NCBI GenBank assembly: GCA_963620035.1
Contig: CAVEXN010000004.1
Span: forward strand, 13,979-77,978
Reading direction: 5' to 3'
DNA: 64,000 nucleotides
Source of the DNA: Oscillospiraceae bacterium
GTDB lineage: Bacteria; Bacteroidota; Bacteroidia; Bacteroidales; WCHB1-69
Positions 54,933 to 63,109 of this stretch are shown here, piece by piece. The notes beneath the pieces are model-generated. The model searched no databases. It was not told the origin of the DNA and worked only from the letters and a program-made list of their open reading frames with translations. Made by a program: the position numbers and the translations under genes. Numbering within the stretch: position 1 is the first letter of the stretch; each line of letters begins with the position of its first letter.

Positions 54933-56177
54933 TTGAAAAACACTTCCCGTGCCACGGCTCTTTTCTTGGCATTGAGATACCTGTTCTCAAAGAAGAAGCA
55001 CAACATCATCAATGTCATTTCCATAGTTTCTATGACAGGCATTGCCGTCAGCAGCGCCGCATTGGTCATCGTGCTTTCCGTGTTCAACGGAATGGAAGAG
55101 ATCATCGGAGGGTGGTTCAACGCATTCAACCCTGACTTGGAGATCACGCTCGTAGAGGGCAAGTCTTTCAGCACCGACAGCTTCCCTGAAGCGGCAGTTG
55201 CCGCCTTGCCCGGCGTGGCAAATGTCACGGAAATCGTGAGCGACCTTGCACTCGTCACCTACAAAGACCGACAGGAACTCCTTTTCATCAAGGGGATAGA
55301 CAACGGTTATGTGGCCCGCAACGGATACGGCAAGTTACTCATTGACGGGCAGTTCAGAGACTATCTAGGCGAACAGCCTTGTGCCGCCATAGGTTCCATA
55401 GCAGCCGGGCAGCTGCAAATCAGGCTCGACGGTTATGACCTCCTTAAAGTCCATTATCCCAAACGCACCAAAAAGAACTTTTCCGATCCTGCGAACTCGT
55501 TCAACACGCTCTACCTGTTCCCTACCGGCGTGTTCACCACCAACACGGCCAACGACGAGACCTATCTGCTGGCGCCTATCGACTTCGTGCGGAATCTTAT
55601 GCAGTATGAAGGGCAAGCCACCTCCATCGAGGTGAAACTCGACGGCAGTGTCACTTCGGCAGCCTGCCAGAAACGAATACAAGAGACCGTCGGGGCGCAG
55701 TACCGTGTCCGCGACAAGTACCAGCAAGAGGAATCGCTGTTCAAGACCATGCAGTCTGAAAAGTTAGTCATATACATCATCCTCACATTCATCCTTTTGG
55801 TGGCGGCTTTCAACATCACAGGGTCTTTGGGCATGCTCATCCTCGAAAAGAAGACCGACCTTGCCGTGCTCTGCACTCTGGGTGCCGATACTTCGCTGAT
55901 CAGGCGCATCTTCATCTACGAGGGCATACTCATCTCCTTCATCGGAGGAACGTGCGGACTGCTGCTCGGCACAGTGATATGCTTAATCCAGCAACATTTC
56001 CACCTGATCACGCTCGGCAACGGCGGCAACTACATCATCCCATACTATCCTGTGCAGTTGGAAATCACGGACTTCGCGGCAGTCGGCGGCATCTTGCTGC
56101 TGATAAGCCTGATGACCTCGTTCATACCTGTTTTCAACATCCGAAAAATAACCCTTAAAGGCAACCGAGACTTATGA
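54933..56177 (+). CDS. FtsX-like ABC transporter permease (LolC/E-like)
   Basis: 414 aa with the N-terminal 'ALRYLFSKKKHNIINVISIVSMTGIAV' LolE-type motif and 4 TM. The only start that retains this motif is the TTG at 54933, 2 nt after the rbfA stop. Confidence 0.85.
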   Translation: MKNTSRATALFLALRYLFSKKKHNIINVISIVSMTGIAVSSAALVIVLSVFNGMEEIIGGWFNAFNPDLEITLVEGKSFSTDSFPEAAVAALPGVANVTEIVSDLALVTYKDRQELLFIKGIDNGYVARNGYGKLLIDGQFRDYLGEQPCAAIGSIAAGQLQIRLDGYDLLKVHYPKRTKKNFSDPANSFNTLYLFPTGVFTTNTANDETYLLAPIDFVRNLMQYEGQATSIEVKLDGSVTSAACQKRIQETVGAQYRVRDKYQQEESLFKTMQSEKLVIYIILTFILLVAAFNITGSLGMLILEKKTDLAVLCTLGADTSLIRRIFIYEGILISFIGGTCGLLLGTVICLIQQHFHLITLGNGGNYIIPYYPVQLEITDFAAVGGILLLISLMTSFIPVFNIRKITLKGNRDL

Positions 56178-58537
56178 AAACAAGAACTGCGCTTTTCTGC
56201 TTCTTTTTTTTCGCGTTCTGCACGGCACTGCGGGCGCAAATACCCATCGGCACATTCAGGGGACACGTGCCGCTCCATTCATTCCATTCCGTAGCAGCCG
56301 CCGACGATTACATCTATGCAGCCGCCGACAACGGGCTGATGTTCCTCGAAAAGAGCACCGCCGACAGCGAACAGCCCGAAATCTCTTCGTGGACGAAAGT
56401 GGAGGGACTTTCTGACATTGACCTCTCCGACATCTGTTACGACAAGGCACACAAGACATTGATAGTGGGGTACCGGAACGGGAATCTCGACTTCATCCAA
56501 GACGACAAAGTGTACAACGTCAGCGATGTCAAGAACAAACAGATCACGGGTTCAAAACAGCTTTCCAGCATACGCATTTACGGGGATGTCGCCTTTCTGG
56601 TCTATCCGTTCGGCATCGTGACGGTTGACCTCAACACCTTTCTGATAGCAGACTCCTGGTTCACCAAGCGCGGCGGCGTACAGTTCAAGGCCAACGACAT
56701 AGCCATATCGGACGACAAGTACTATCTGGCCACAGACAGCGGGCTTTTCAGCATACGCAAAGAACTAAGCTACGTCGCGAATTTCCAGGAGTGGCAGAAC
56801 GAGATCGGTGGCGGCGAGTTTGACCATCTGCTCTGTTTCGGCGGCAAGGTCATTGCCTCCAAGAACTGCAACGGCGGCATCATCTCTGCCGAACTTCACG
56901 ACACGCTGTATGTGCTTGACGGCGGCGAGTGGCTGCCCACCACGTTGACTTTTGAAGACGTGCGTTCGCTGAACTGCAACGACAAGGAGATGATTGTAGG
57001 TAATTGGGACTATGCCGAGACCTTTGACACAGAACTGCGGCGCACTTTCAAAGCCACCTGGTATCAAGACGACGGCTCCTATTCAAACCTACAAGAAGCC
57101 GTTTTGGACGGAGACCTCCTCTGGGCGGCCGACAAGACATACGGGCTTATTCTTTACAACCGTCCTTTTTTCTACCATAAATTCTTCGTCTCCAACGGTC
57201 CGGACTGCTACAACGCAGAAAGTATGGCCAGCCTTAACGGTCTTGTCGCGGTAGTGCCGGGGTCGCGCAAGGCCACCACCGCATACACCCCGGGCTACGA
57301 AAGTCCGCGCCTCAGCTGGTTCGTGAACCAGAGTTGGGAATGCAACACGGCCGGCTTCCTCGCTCTCGACCCCGAAGCGCGAGACCTCACGAACATCGCC
57401 ATCAACCCCTTGAACGACCGCGAGTGGTACATTGCCTCTTGGGGATCCGGGCTCTTCAAGTGTGTCGACAATCAAGTAGTTGCACACTACACAGCCGCCA
57501 ACAGCCCGCTCGACTCCACCGAACAGGGCAATACATTCGTCTCCGGGCTTGCTTTCGACGGCAAAGGCAACCTTTGGATAACCAACAGCCATTGCGCCAA
57601 AATGCTCAAAATGCTTGAGCCCGACGGCACCTGGCATTCCTACAACATCGGTTCCGGCGTACACACCTCTTCGGCCGTAGGCGTCATCGCTGAAAACCTG
57701 ATCGTTGACTCCAGAGGTTACAAGTGGGTGACCTTTCCGCGAGACGACAGCTTCAACAAATACAGGCTTGTCGCTTTTTTCGAAAGCGGCACTTACGACC
57801 ACACGGGCGACGACAAGTTCGCCCGTGTGGACATGAACGCATCCGCAAGGGTCAACTCTTCAACCGTCGGCTGCATTGCTGAAGACCTGGAGGGCGAAAT
57901 CTGGATCGGCACCGACAAAGGCATCAAAGTCATCTACTACCCGTCCAACGTATTCAGCGGCACCGCACGCCCCAACAACATCTTGCTGGAACAGGACGGA
58001 TATGTGTCGATCCTGCTTGAAAACGAAACCGTCACTGCAATAGCCGTTGACGGAGCGAACCGCAAATGGATCGGCACCCGCAAGGCCGGCGTGTTTCTGA
58101 TGAGCCAGGACGGACAGAAGCAACTGCTGCATTTCACCGCCGAAGACAACCCTCTGTTCTCAAACCAGATAAACTGCATCGCCATAAACGACTTGAGCGG
58201 AGAAGTGTTCTTCGGAACAGACAAAGGAATTGTTAGCTATCAAGGCGAGGCCACCAAGGGCGGCGACACTTACAGCGACCTCCTGGTCTATCCTAACCCC
58301 GTACGGCACGGCTACACCGGCCCCGTTGCCGTGAAAGGGCTCAAGACAGAATCCTTATGCAAAATCACCGACAGCTCCGGGCGGTTGGTATGGCAAGGGT
58401 ACAGCAAAGGCGGGCAACTCGTATGGTATGGCAAAGACCACTACGGAAACCGCCCTGCCACAGGCATTTACTATGTCATGGCCTCTGACGAAGAGGGCAA
58501 AGAGAGCATTGTGGCAAAGTTCCTGTTCATCAACTGA
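56174..58537 (+). CDS. porZ: two-beta-propeller (Reg_prop repeat) protein with T9SS C-terminal sorting domain, PorZ-like
   Basis: 787 aa. Signal peptide; repeated 'W(I/F)GT..G' propeller motifs ('EIWIGTDKGIKV', 'RKWIGTRKAGVF', 'EVFFGTDKGIVSY'). The C-terminal 'LLVYPNPV...GIYYVMA...AKFLFIN' is a type-A CTD. Size and architecture match P. gingivalis PorZ as I recall it. Confidence 0.65.
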   Translation: MKTRTALFCFFFFAFCTALRAQIPIGTFRGHVPLHSFHSVAAADDYIYAAADNGLMFLEKSTADSEQPEISSWTKVEGLSDIDLSDICYDKAHKTLIVGYRNGNLDFIQDDKVYNVSDVKNKQITGSKQLSSIRIYGDVAFLVYPFGIVTVDLNTFLIADSWFTKRGGVQFKANDIAISDDKYYLATDSGLFSIRKELSYVANFQEWQNEIGGGEFDHLLCFGGKVIASKNCNGGIISAELHDTLYVLDGGEWLPTTLTFEDVRSLNCNDKEMIVGNWDYAETFDTELRRTFKATWYQDDGSYSNLQEAVLDGDLLWAADKTYGLILYNRPFFYHKFFVSNGPDCYNAESMASLNGLVAVVPGSRKATTAYTPGYESPRLSWFVNQSWECNTAGFLALDPEARDLTNIAINPLNDREWYIASWGSGLFKCVDNQVVAHYTAANSPLDSTEQGNTFVSGLAFDGKGNLWITNSHCAKMLKMLEPDGTWHSYNIGSGVHTSSAVGVIAENLIVDSRGYKWVTFPRDDSFNKYRLVAFFESGTYDHTGDDKFARVDMNASARVNSSTVGCIAEDLEGEIWIGTDKGIKVIYYPSNVFSGTARPNNILLEQDGYVSILLENETVTAIAVDGANRKWIGTRKAGVFLMSQDGQKQLLHFTAEDNPLFSNQINCIAINDLSGEVFFGTDKGIVSYQGEATKGGDTYSDLLVYPNPVRHGYTGPVAVKGLKTESLCKITDSSGRLVWQGYSKGGQLVWYGKDHYGNRPATGIYYVMASDEEGKESIVAKFLFIN

Positions 58538-58544
58538 TGCCGGC

Positions 58545-59264
58545 ATGGATATCTCAACCCCAGGCATCGTGTTGCGCACCATGCGCTATTCCGACACCTC
58601 ACTTATCGTGAAAATCTACACGGAAGCACAAGGCACGCAGTCGTTCATCGTAAAAAACGCCTTTTCAAAGAAAAACCGGACAAAAGCCTCTCTATTCTCG
58701 CCGCTGGCCATCGTACACATCACCTACTGCGACCATAACGACGGCCGGCTCAAGCACATCAAAGACATCATTCGCAAAGACAGTCCCGCCTGTGCCGGCT
58801 TCAGCCCCGTGAGAAACGCAATTGTTCTCTTCTGCAACGAAGTGCTATACAAACTGCTCTTCGACACGGGCCCGGATGCACAGCTTTACGGCTTCCTTGA
58901 AACTGAAATCAAACAAATCAACGGAACTGAACATTTCCAATCCGACTTTCCCGCACGCTTTCTGCTACGGTTGAGCGCCATGTTAGGATTTTGTCCGGAA
59001 AACAACTGCGACGAGACAACGTGCCATTTCTCCTTGACCGAAAGCAGGTTTGTGAAACACTCCATCAACAGCCAAAACGAACTTCCCGTGGCGGAAAGCC
59101 GCTATTTGTCGCATCTTCTCAACCAAGAGAACACGGAATATGCCGACAGGACCATACGCAACAGTCTTCTGCGTTCCCTCATCGAATATTTCAAGATACA
59201 CAACGAACAGATCCATGAAATAGGGTCGGCAGAGATACTCGCCGCAGTGCTGCATCAGGATTGA
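58545..59264 (+). CDS. recO: DNA repair protein RecO
   Basis: 239 aa from MDISTPGIVLRTMRYSDTSLIVKIYT (OB-fold N-terminus typical of RecO). The ORF-track extension to 58428 overlaps porZ. Confidence 0.87.
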   Translation: MDISTPGIVLRTMRYSDTSLIVKIYTEAQGTQSFIVKNAFSKKNRTKASLFSPLAIVHITYCDHNDGRLKHIKDIIRKDSPACAGFSPVRNAIVLFCNEVLYKLLFDTGPDAQLYGFLETEIKQINGTEHFQSDFPARFLLRLSAMLGFCPENNCDETTCHFSLTESRFVKHSINSQNELPVAESRYLSHLLNQENTEYADRTIRNSLLRSLIEYFKIHNEQIHEIGSAEILAAVLHQD

Positions 59265-59275
59265 GCCTTTTTTTG

Positions 59276-59283
59276 TATTTTTG
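59276..59283 (+). promoter_or_regulatory. candidate -7 promoter box (TAnnTTTG) for the polyene-type cluster
   Basis: tatttttg, 53 nt upstream of the 59336 start. Confidence 0.45.
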
Positions 59284-59335
59284 CACCTTTGGAACATAAT
59301 CTATGGTTTAATTCTAAAAAAAGCATCGGCATTTT

Positions 59336-60853
59336 ATGCAATTTACTGATATAGAAAGCATTCTGTTTGACAACGCTCCGCTATCCTTGGCTCCGGAAGT
59401 CAGGAAACGTATGGAAGACAGTTTTGATTTTCTGAAAGAATTCGCCCAAGACAAAATCATATATGGCATCACCACGGGTTTTGGCCCGATGGCGCAATAC
59501 CGCGTTTCAGACGAAGACATAAAGACATTGCAATACAACATCATACGCAGTCATTCTTGCGGTGCCGGAGAGCCATTCCCTGAAATATATGTGAAAGCCG
59601 CCATGCTGGCCCGGTATCACACCTTTGTGAAAGGCAAATCCGGGGTTGACCCTTACGCCCTTGACCTTCTGCAGACTTTCATCAACAAAGGGATCTGTCC
59701 GGTCATACCGCAGCACGGCAGCGTAGGTGCGTCTGGCGACTTGGTGCAGCTGGCACATCTTGCCCTTGCCCTCATCGGAGAAGGCGAGGTTTTCTACCAA
59801 GGGGAACGGCGCAGGACGGCCGACGTGATGTCCGAATTGGCCATCCCCCCCCTGAAACCGACCCTCCGCGAAGGTTTGGCGCTCAACAACGGCACAGCCA
59901 TGATGACCGGTGTTGGCATCGTCAACCTCCACTATGCCAACGTACTGCTCGAAACGGCGCTCTTGGCCTCTGTCATGATGAACGAAATCGCGGCCTCTTA
60001 CGACGATTTCATGTCAAAAGAGCTCAACGAACTGAAAAACCACGAAGGGCAATGCATCATCGCCGCAAAGATGACCGAAATAGCGCAAGGGTCAAAATGC
60101 CTGCGCAAACGTGCCGAGGAGATGTTCCATCATCACGAGGAGAAAGTATTCACGCACAAGGTGCAGCCTTACTATTCGCTGCGCTGTGTGCCGCAAATCC
60201 TCGGCCCAGTGCTCGACGCTATGCGCTTCACGGAGAAGATTCTCACCGAAGAGTTCAATGCGGTTGACGACAACCCCGTTGTGGACATGGATACCCGAAC
60301 CGTCTATCACGGCGGCAACTTCCACGGCGACTATGTGGCGTTTGAGATGGACAAACTCAAGATTGCCGTCACGAAGATGACGATGCTTATGGAACGGCAA
60401 CTCAATTACTTGTGCCACGACAGGATAAACGGCATCCTGCCGCCGTTCCTGAACATGGGCACTCTGGGGCTCACCTACGGCATACAGGCGCTCCAGTTCA
60501 CGGCATGTTCCACCACCGCAGAATGCCAGACACTCGCCAATCCAATGTATGTACACAGCATACCCAACAACAACGACAACCAGGACATCGTCAGCATGGG
60601 CACCAATGCGGCTATTCTCGCCAAACGGGTCATCGACAACAGTTTCCAGGTGATGGCCATCCATCTCATCGGAATCGCACAGGCGGTCGACTGCCTGAAA
60701 ATCAGCGACAGTCTCTCGCCCGTCACGGACGGTCTCTACCGCGAAATCAGAAATATCGTACCGGTAATCATCGAAGACACCCCTAAGGATGCGGACATCC
60801 GGAACGTCATCGGATTCCTCAAGAAACAACGAAACCGTTATCTGCCGCTATGA
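59336..60853 (+). CDS. MIO-dependent aromatic amino acid/histidine ammonia-lyase family enzyme
   Basis: 505 aa. 'YGITTGFG' and the MIO-forming 'GSVGASGDL' (Ala-Ser-Gly at 59729-59737). HAL/PAL/TAL fold throughout. Confidence 0.9.
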   Translation: MQFTDIESILFDNAPLSLAPEVRKRMEDSFDFLKEFAQDKIIYGITTGFGPMAQYRVSDEDIKTLQYNIIRSHSCGAGEPFPEIYVKAAMLARYHTFVKGKSGVDPYALDLLQTFINKGICPVIPQHGSVGASGDLVQLAHLALALIGEGEVFYQGERRRTADVMSELAIPPLKPTLREGLALNNGTAMMTGVGIVNLHYANVLLETALLASVMMNEIAASYDDFMSKELNELKNHEGQCIIAAKMTEIAQGSKCLRKRAEEMFHHHEEKVFTHKVQPYYSLRCVPQILGPVLDAMRFTEKILTEEFNAVDDNPVVDMDTRTVYHGGNFHGDYVAFEMDKLKIAVTKMTMLMERQLNYLCHDRINGILPPFLNMGTLGLTYGIQALQFTACSTTAECQTLANPMYVHSIPNNNDNQDIVSMGTNAAILAKRVIDNSFQVMAIHLIGIAQAVDCLKISDSLSPVTDGLYREIRNIVPVIIEDTPKDADIRNVIGFLKKQRNRYLPL

Positions 60854-61578
60854 AATACGCATTAGTCACTGGCGGTTCGCGCGGCATCGGGCGTGCGGTG
60901 AGTCTGAAACTTGCCGCGATGGGCTATGCCGTGGTCATCAACTGCCGCGACAGCATCGAAGCCGCCGGAGAGGTGAAGCGTCTGATCGAAGAAAAGGGCG
61001 GCACTGCCGAACTGCTGCCGTTCAACGTTTCAGATGCGGTCGAAACCGAAGCGGCAATCGGGAACTGGGAGTGCAGCCACCCCGACGAATACATATCCGT
61101 GCTGGTGAACAACGCCGGCATCCGGAACGACGCCTTGATGATATTCATGTCTGACGAGGCCTGGCATAGTGTTCTCGACACCACACTGAACGGCTTTTTC
61201 ACCATCACCAGACGGCTGCTCAAGAACATGCTCACCCGCAGGGACGGTCGCATCGTCAACATCGCCTCCCTGTCGGGCATCAAAGGGCTGCCCGGACAGA
61301 CCAACTATTCGGCGGCGAAAGCGGCGCTCATCGGAGCCACGAAAGCGTTGGCGCAAGAGGTGGCCGCACGCAACGTCACCGTCAATGCAGTGGCGCCGGG
61401 CTTCATCGCCACCGACATGACGAAAGACCTTGACGAAAAAGAACTGAAGAAGACCATACCTGCAAACCGATTCGGCACCCCCGAAGAGGTGGCCGCCCTG
61501 GTCGGCTTCCTCGTCTCCCCAGAAGCGGCATACATCACCGGAGAAACCGTCTCCATCAACGGGGGGCTTCACACGTGA
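60850..61578 (+). CDS. fabG: 3-oxoacyl-[ACP] reductase
   Basis: 242 aa. 'ALVTGGSRGIGRAV', 'NNAG', catalytic 'YSAAKAAL'. ATGA overlap with the lyase gene. Confidence 0.9.
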   Translation: MKYALVTGGSRGIGRAVSLKLAAMGYAVVINCRDSIEAAGEVKRLIEEKGGTAELLPFNVSDAVETEAAIGNWECSHPDEYISVLVNNAGIRNDALMIFMSDEAWHSVLDTTLNGFFTITRRLLKNMLTRRDGRIVNIASLSGIKGLPGQTNYSAAKAALIGATKALAQEVAARNVTVNAVAPGFIATDMTKDLDEKELKKTIPANRFGTPEEVAALVGFLVSPEAAYITGETVSINGGLHT

Positions 61579-61623
61579 TTTTTTAAGTTTTCAAGATAGA
61601 CAGAGAAAGGAAGAAGAGAAAAA

Positions 61624-62847
61624 ATGAGACGAGTTGTCATTACCGGAATGGGCATCTATTCTTGCCTTGGCACCAACCTTGACGAAGTGGCCGACTCCTT
61701 GCAGTCGGGAAAGTCGGGCATAGGCATCGACCCCGAAAGGATTTGTTACGGCTACCGTTCCCCACTTACCGGCATCGTGCGACGGCCGTTGCTGAAACCG
61801 CTGCTCGACCGGCGTTCACGCATCTGTCTGGCCGAGGAGGGCGAATACGCCTATATGGCCACGCGCGAAGCTTTGCAGCAAGCCCGCATCGATTCGGACT
61901 ATCTTGACAAGCATGAAGTCGGCATTCTTTACGGCAACGACTCTTCTGCAAAGGCCGTCATCGAGGCTCACACGACCGCCTCAGAATACAAGGATACCCA
62001 GATGATGGGGTCCGGCGCCATCTTCCAGTCCATGAACTCCACGGTGACGATGAACCTCTCCACCATATTCAGGCTCAAAGGCATCAACATGACCATCAGT
62101 GCCGCCTGCGCAAGCGGGTCGCATGCCGTTGGACTTGGGCTCCTGTTCATCCGCAACGGACTGCAAGACATGGTCATCTGCGGCGGCGCACAAGAGACCA
62201 ACCATCTTTCCATGGGCAGTTTTGACGGTATTGCCGTATTTTCCACCCGTACTGGAGAGCCTGCCAAGGCATCACGTCCCTTTGACCGCGACCGCGACGG
62301 GCTTGTGCCCAGCGGCGGGGCGGCAACGCTGATACTGGAGGAATATGGGCATGCCGTGAAACGCGGGGCCTCTATCCTCGCTGAAGTGACGGGCTACGGA
62401 TTCTCATCCAACGGCAACAACATCTCGCAGCCCAGCGAGCAGGGTTCAGCCATTGCCATTGAACGCGCCCTCCGTGACGCCGGGATCTCCGCCGCCGAAA
62501 TCGACTACATCAATGCACACGCCACCTCCACCAAACAGGGCGACGCACTTGAAGCACTTGCCCTGAAACACCTGTTCGCCCCTTACAACACGCCGATAAG
62601 CTCCACAAAGTCCATGACCGGACACGAATGTTGGATGGCCGGCGCCAGCGAACTGGTCTATTCCTGCCTGATGATGCAACACTCGTTCATCGCACCGAAC
62701 ATCAATTTCGAACACCCCGACGAGTTCTCTGAAGGCCTGAACATCGTCAACCATACCCGTCGGAAAGAGATCAGAACCTGCCTCTCCAACTCTTTCGGCT
62801 TCGGCGGCACCAACAGCGCCATAGTTCTCAGAAATTTAAATCTATAA
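61624..62847 (+). CDS. beta-ketoacyl-[ACP] synthase (KAS I/II-type)
   Basis: 407 aa. Active-site Cys in 'ISAACASGSHA', with His motifs 'NAHATST' and 'KSMTGHECWMAG'. Confidence 0.9.
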   Translation: MRRVVITGMGIYSCLGTNLDEVADSLQSGKSGIGIDPERICYGYRSPLTGIVRRPLLKPLLDRRSRICLAEEGEYAYMATREALQQARIDSDYLDKHEVGILYGNDSSAKAVIEAHTTASEYKDTQMMGSGAIFQSMNSTVTMNLSTIFRLKGINMTISAACASGSHAVGLGLLFIRNGLQDMVICGGAQETNHLSMGSFDGIAVFSTRTGEPAKASRPFDRDRDGLVPSGGAATLILEEYGHAVKRGASILAEVTGYGFSSNGNNISQPSEQGSAIAIERALRDAGISAAEIDYINAHATSTKQGDALEALALKHLFAPYNTPISSTKSMTGHECWMAGASELVYSCLMMQHSFIAPNINFEHPDEFSEGLNIVNHTRRKEIRTCLSNSFGFGGTNSAIVLRNLNL

Positions 62848-62863
62848 ACAACGATATCATTTT

Positions 62864-63106
62864 ATGCAAAAAACAGAAGTCATCGAAACTGTCAACCAAT
62901 TCCTTGTTGATGAAATAGAAATAGAGAAAGATCTTTTGAAGGAAGACGCACTTTTGAAAGAAGACTTGAACATTGACAGTCTTGATTTTGTAGATATAGT
63001 AGTGCTGGTAGAAAAGAAATTCGGCTTCAAGATAAAACCGGAAGAGATGACGGGCGTAAAGACGTTGGGCGATTTCTACGGCTACATCTATGAAAAGGTG
63101 AAATAG
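62864..63106 (+). CDS. acyl carrier protein
   Basis: 80 aa. Phosphopantetheine attachment motif 'LNIDSLDFVDIV'. Confidence 0.85.
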   Translation: MQKTEVIETVNQFLVDEIEIEKDLLKEDALLKEDLNIDSLDFVDIVVLVEKKFGFKIKPEEMTGVKTLGDFYGYIYEKVK

Positions 63107-63109
63107 GAA

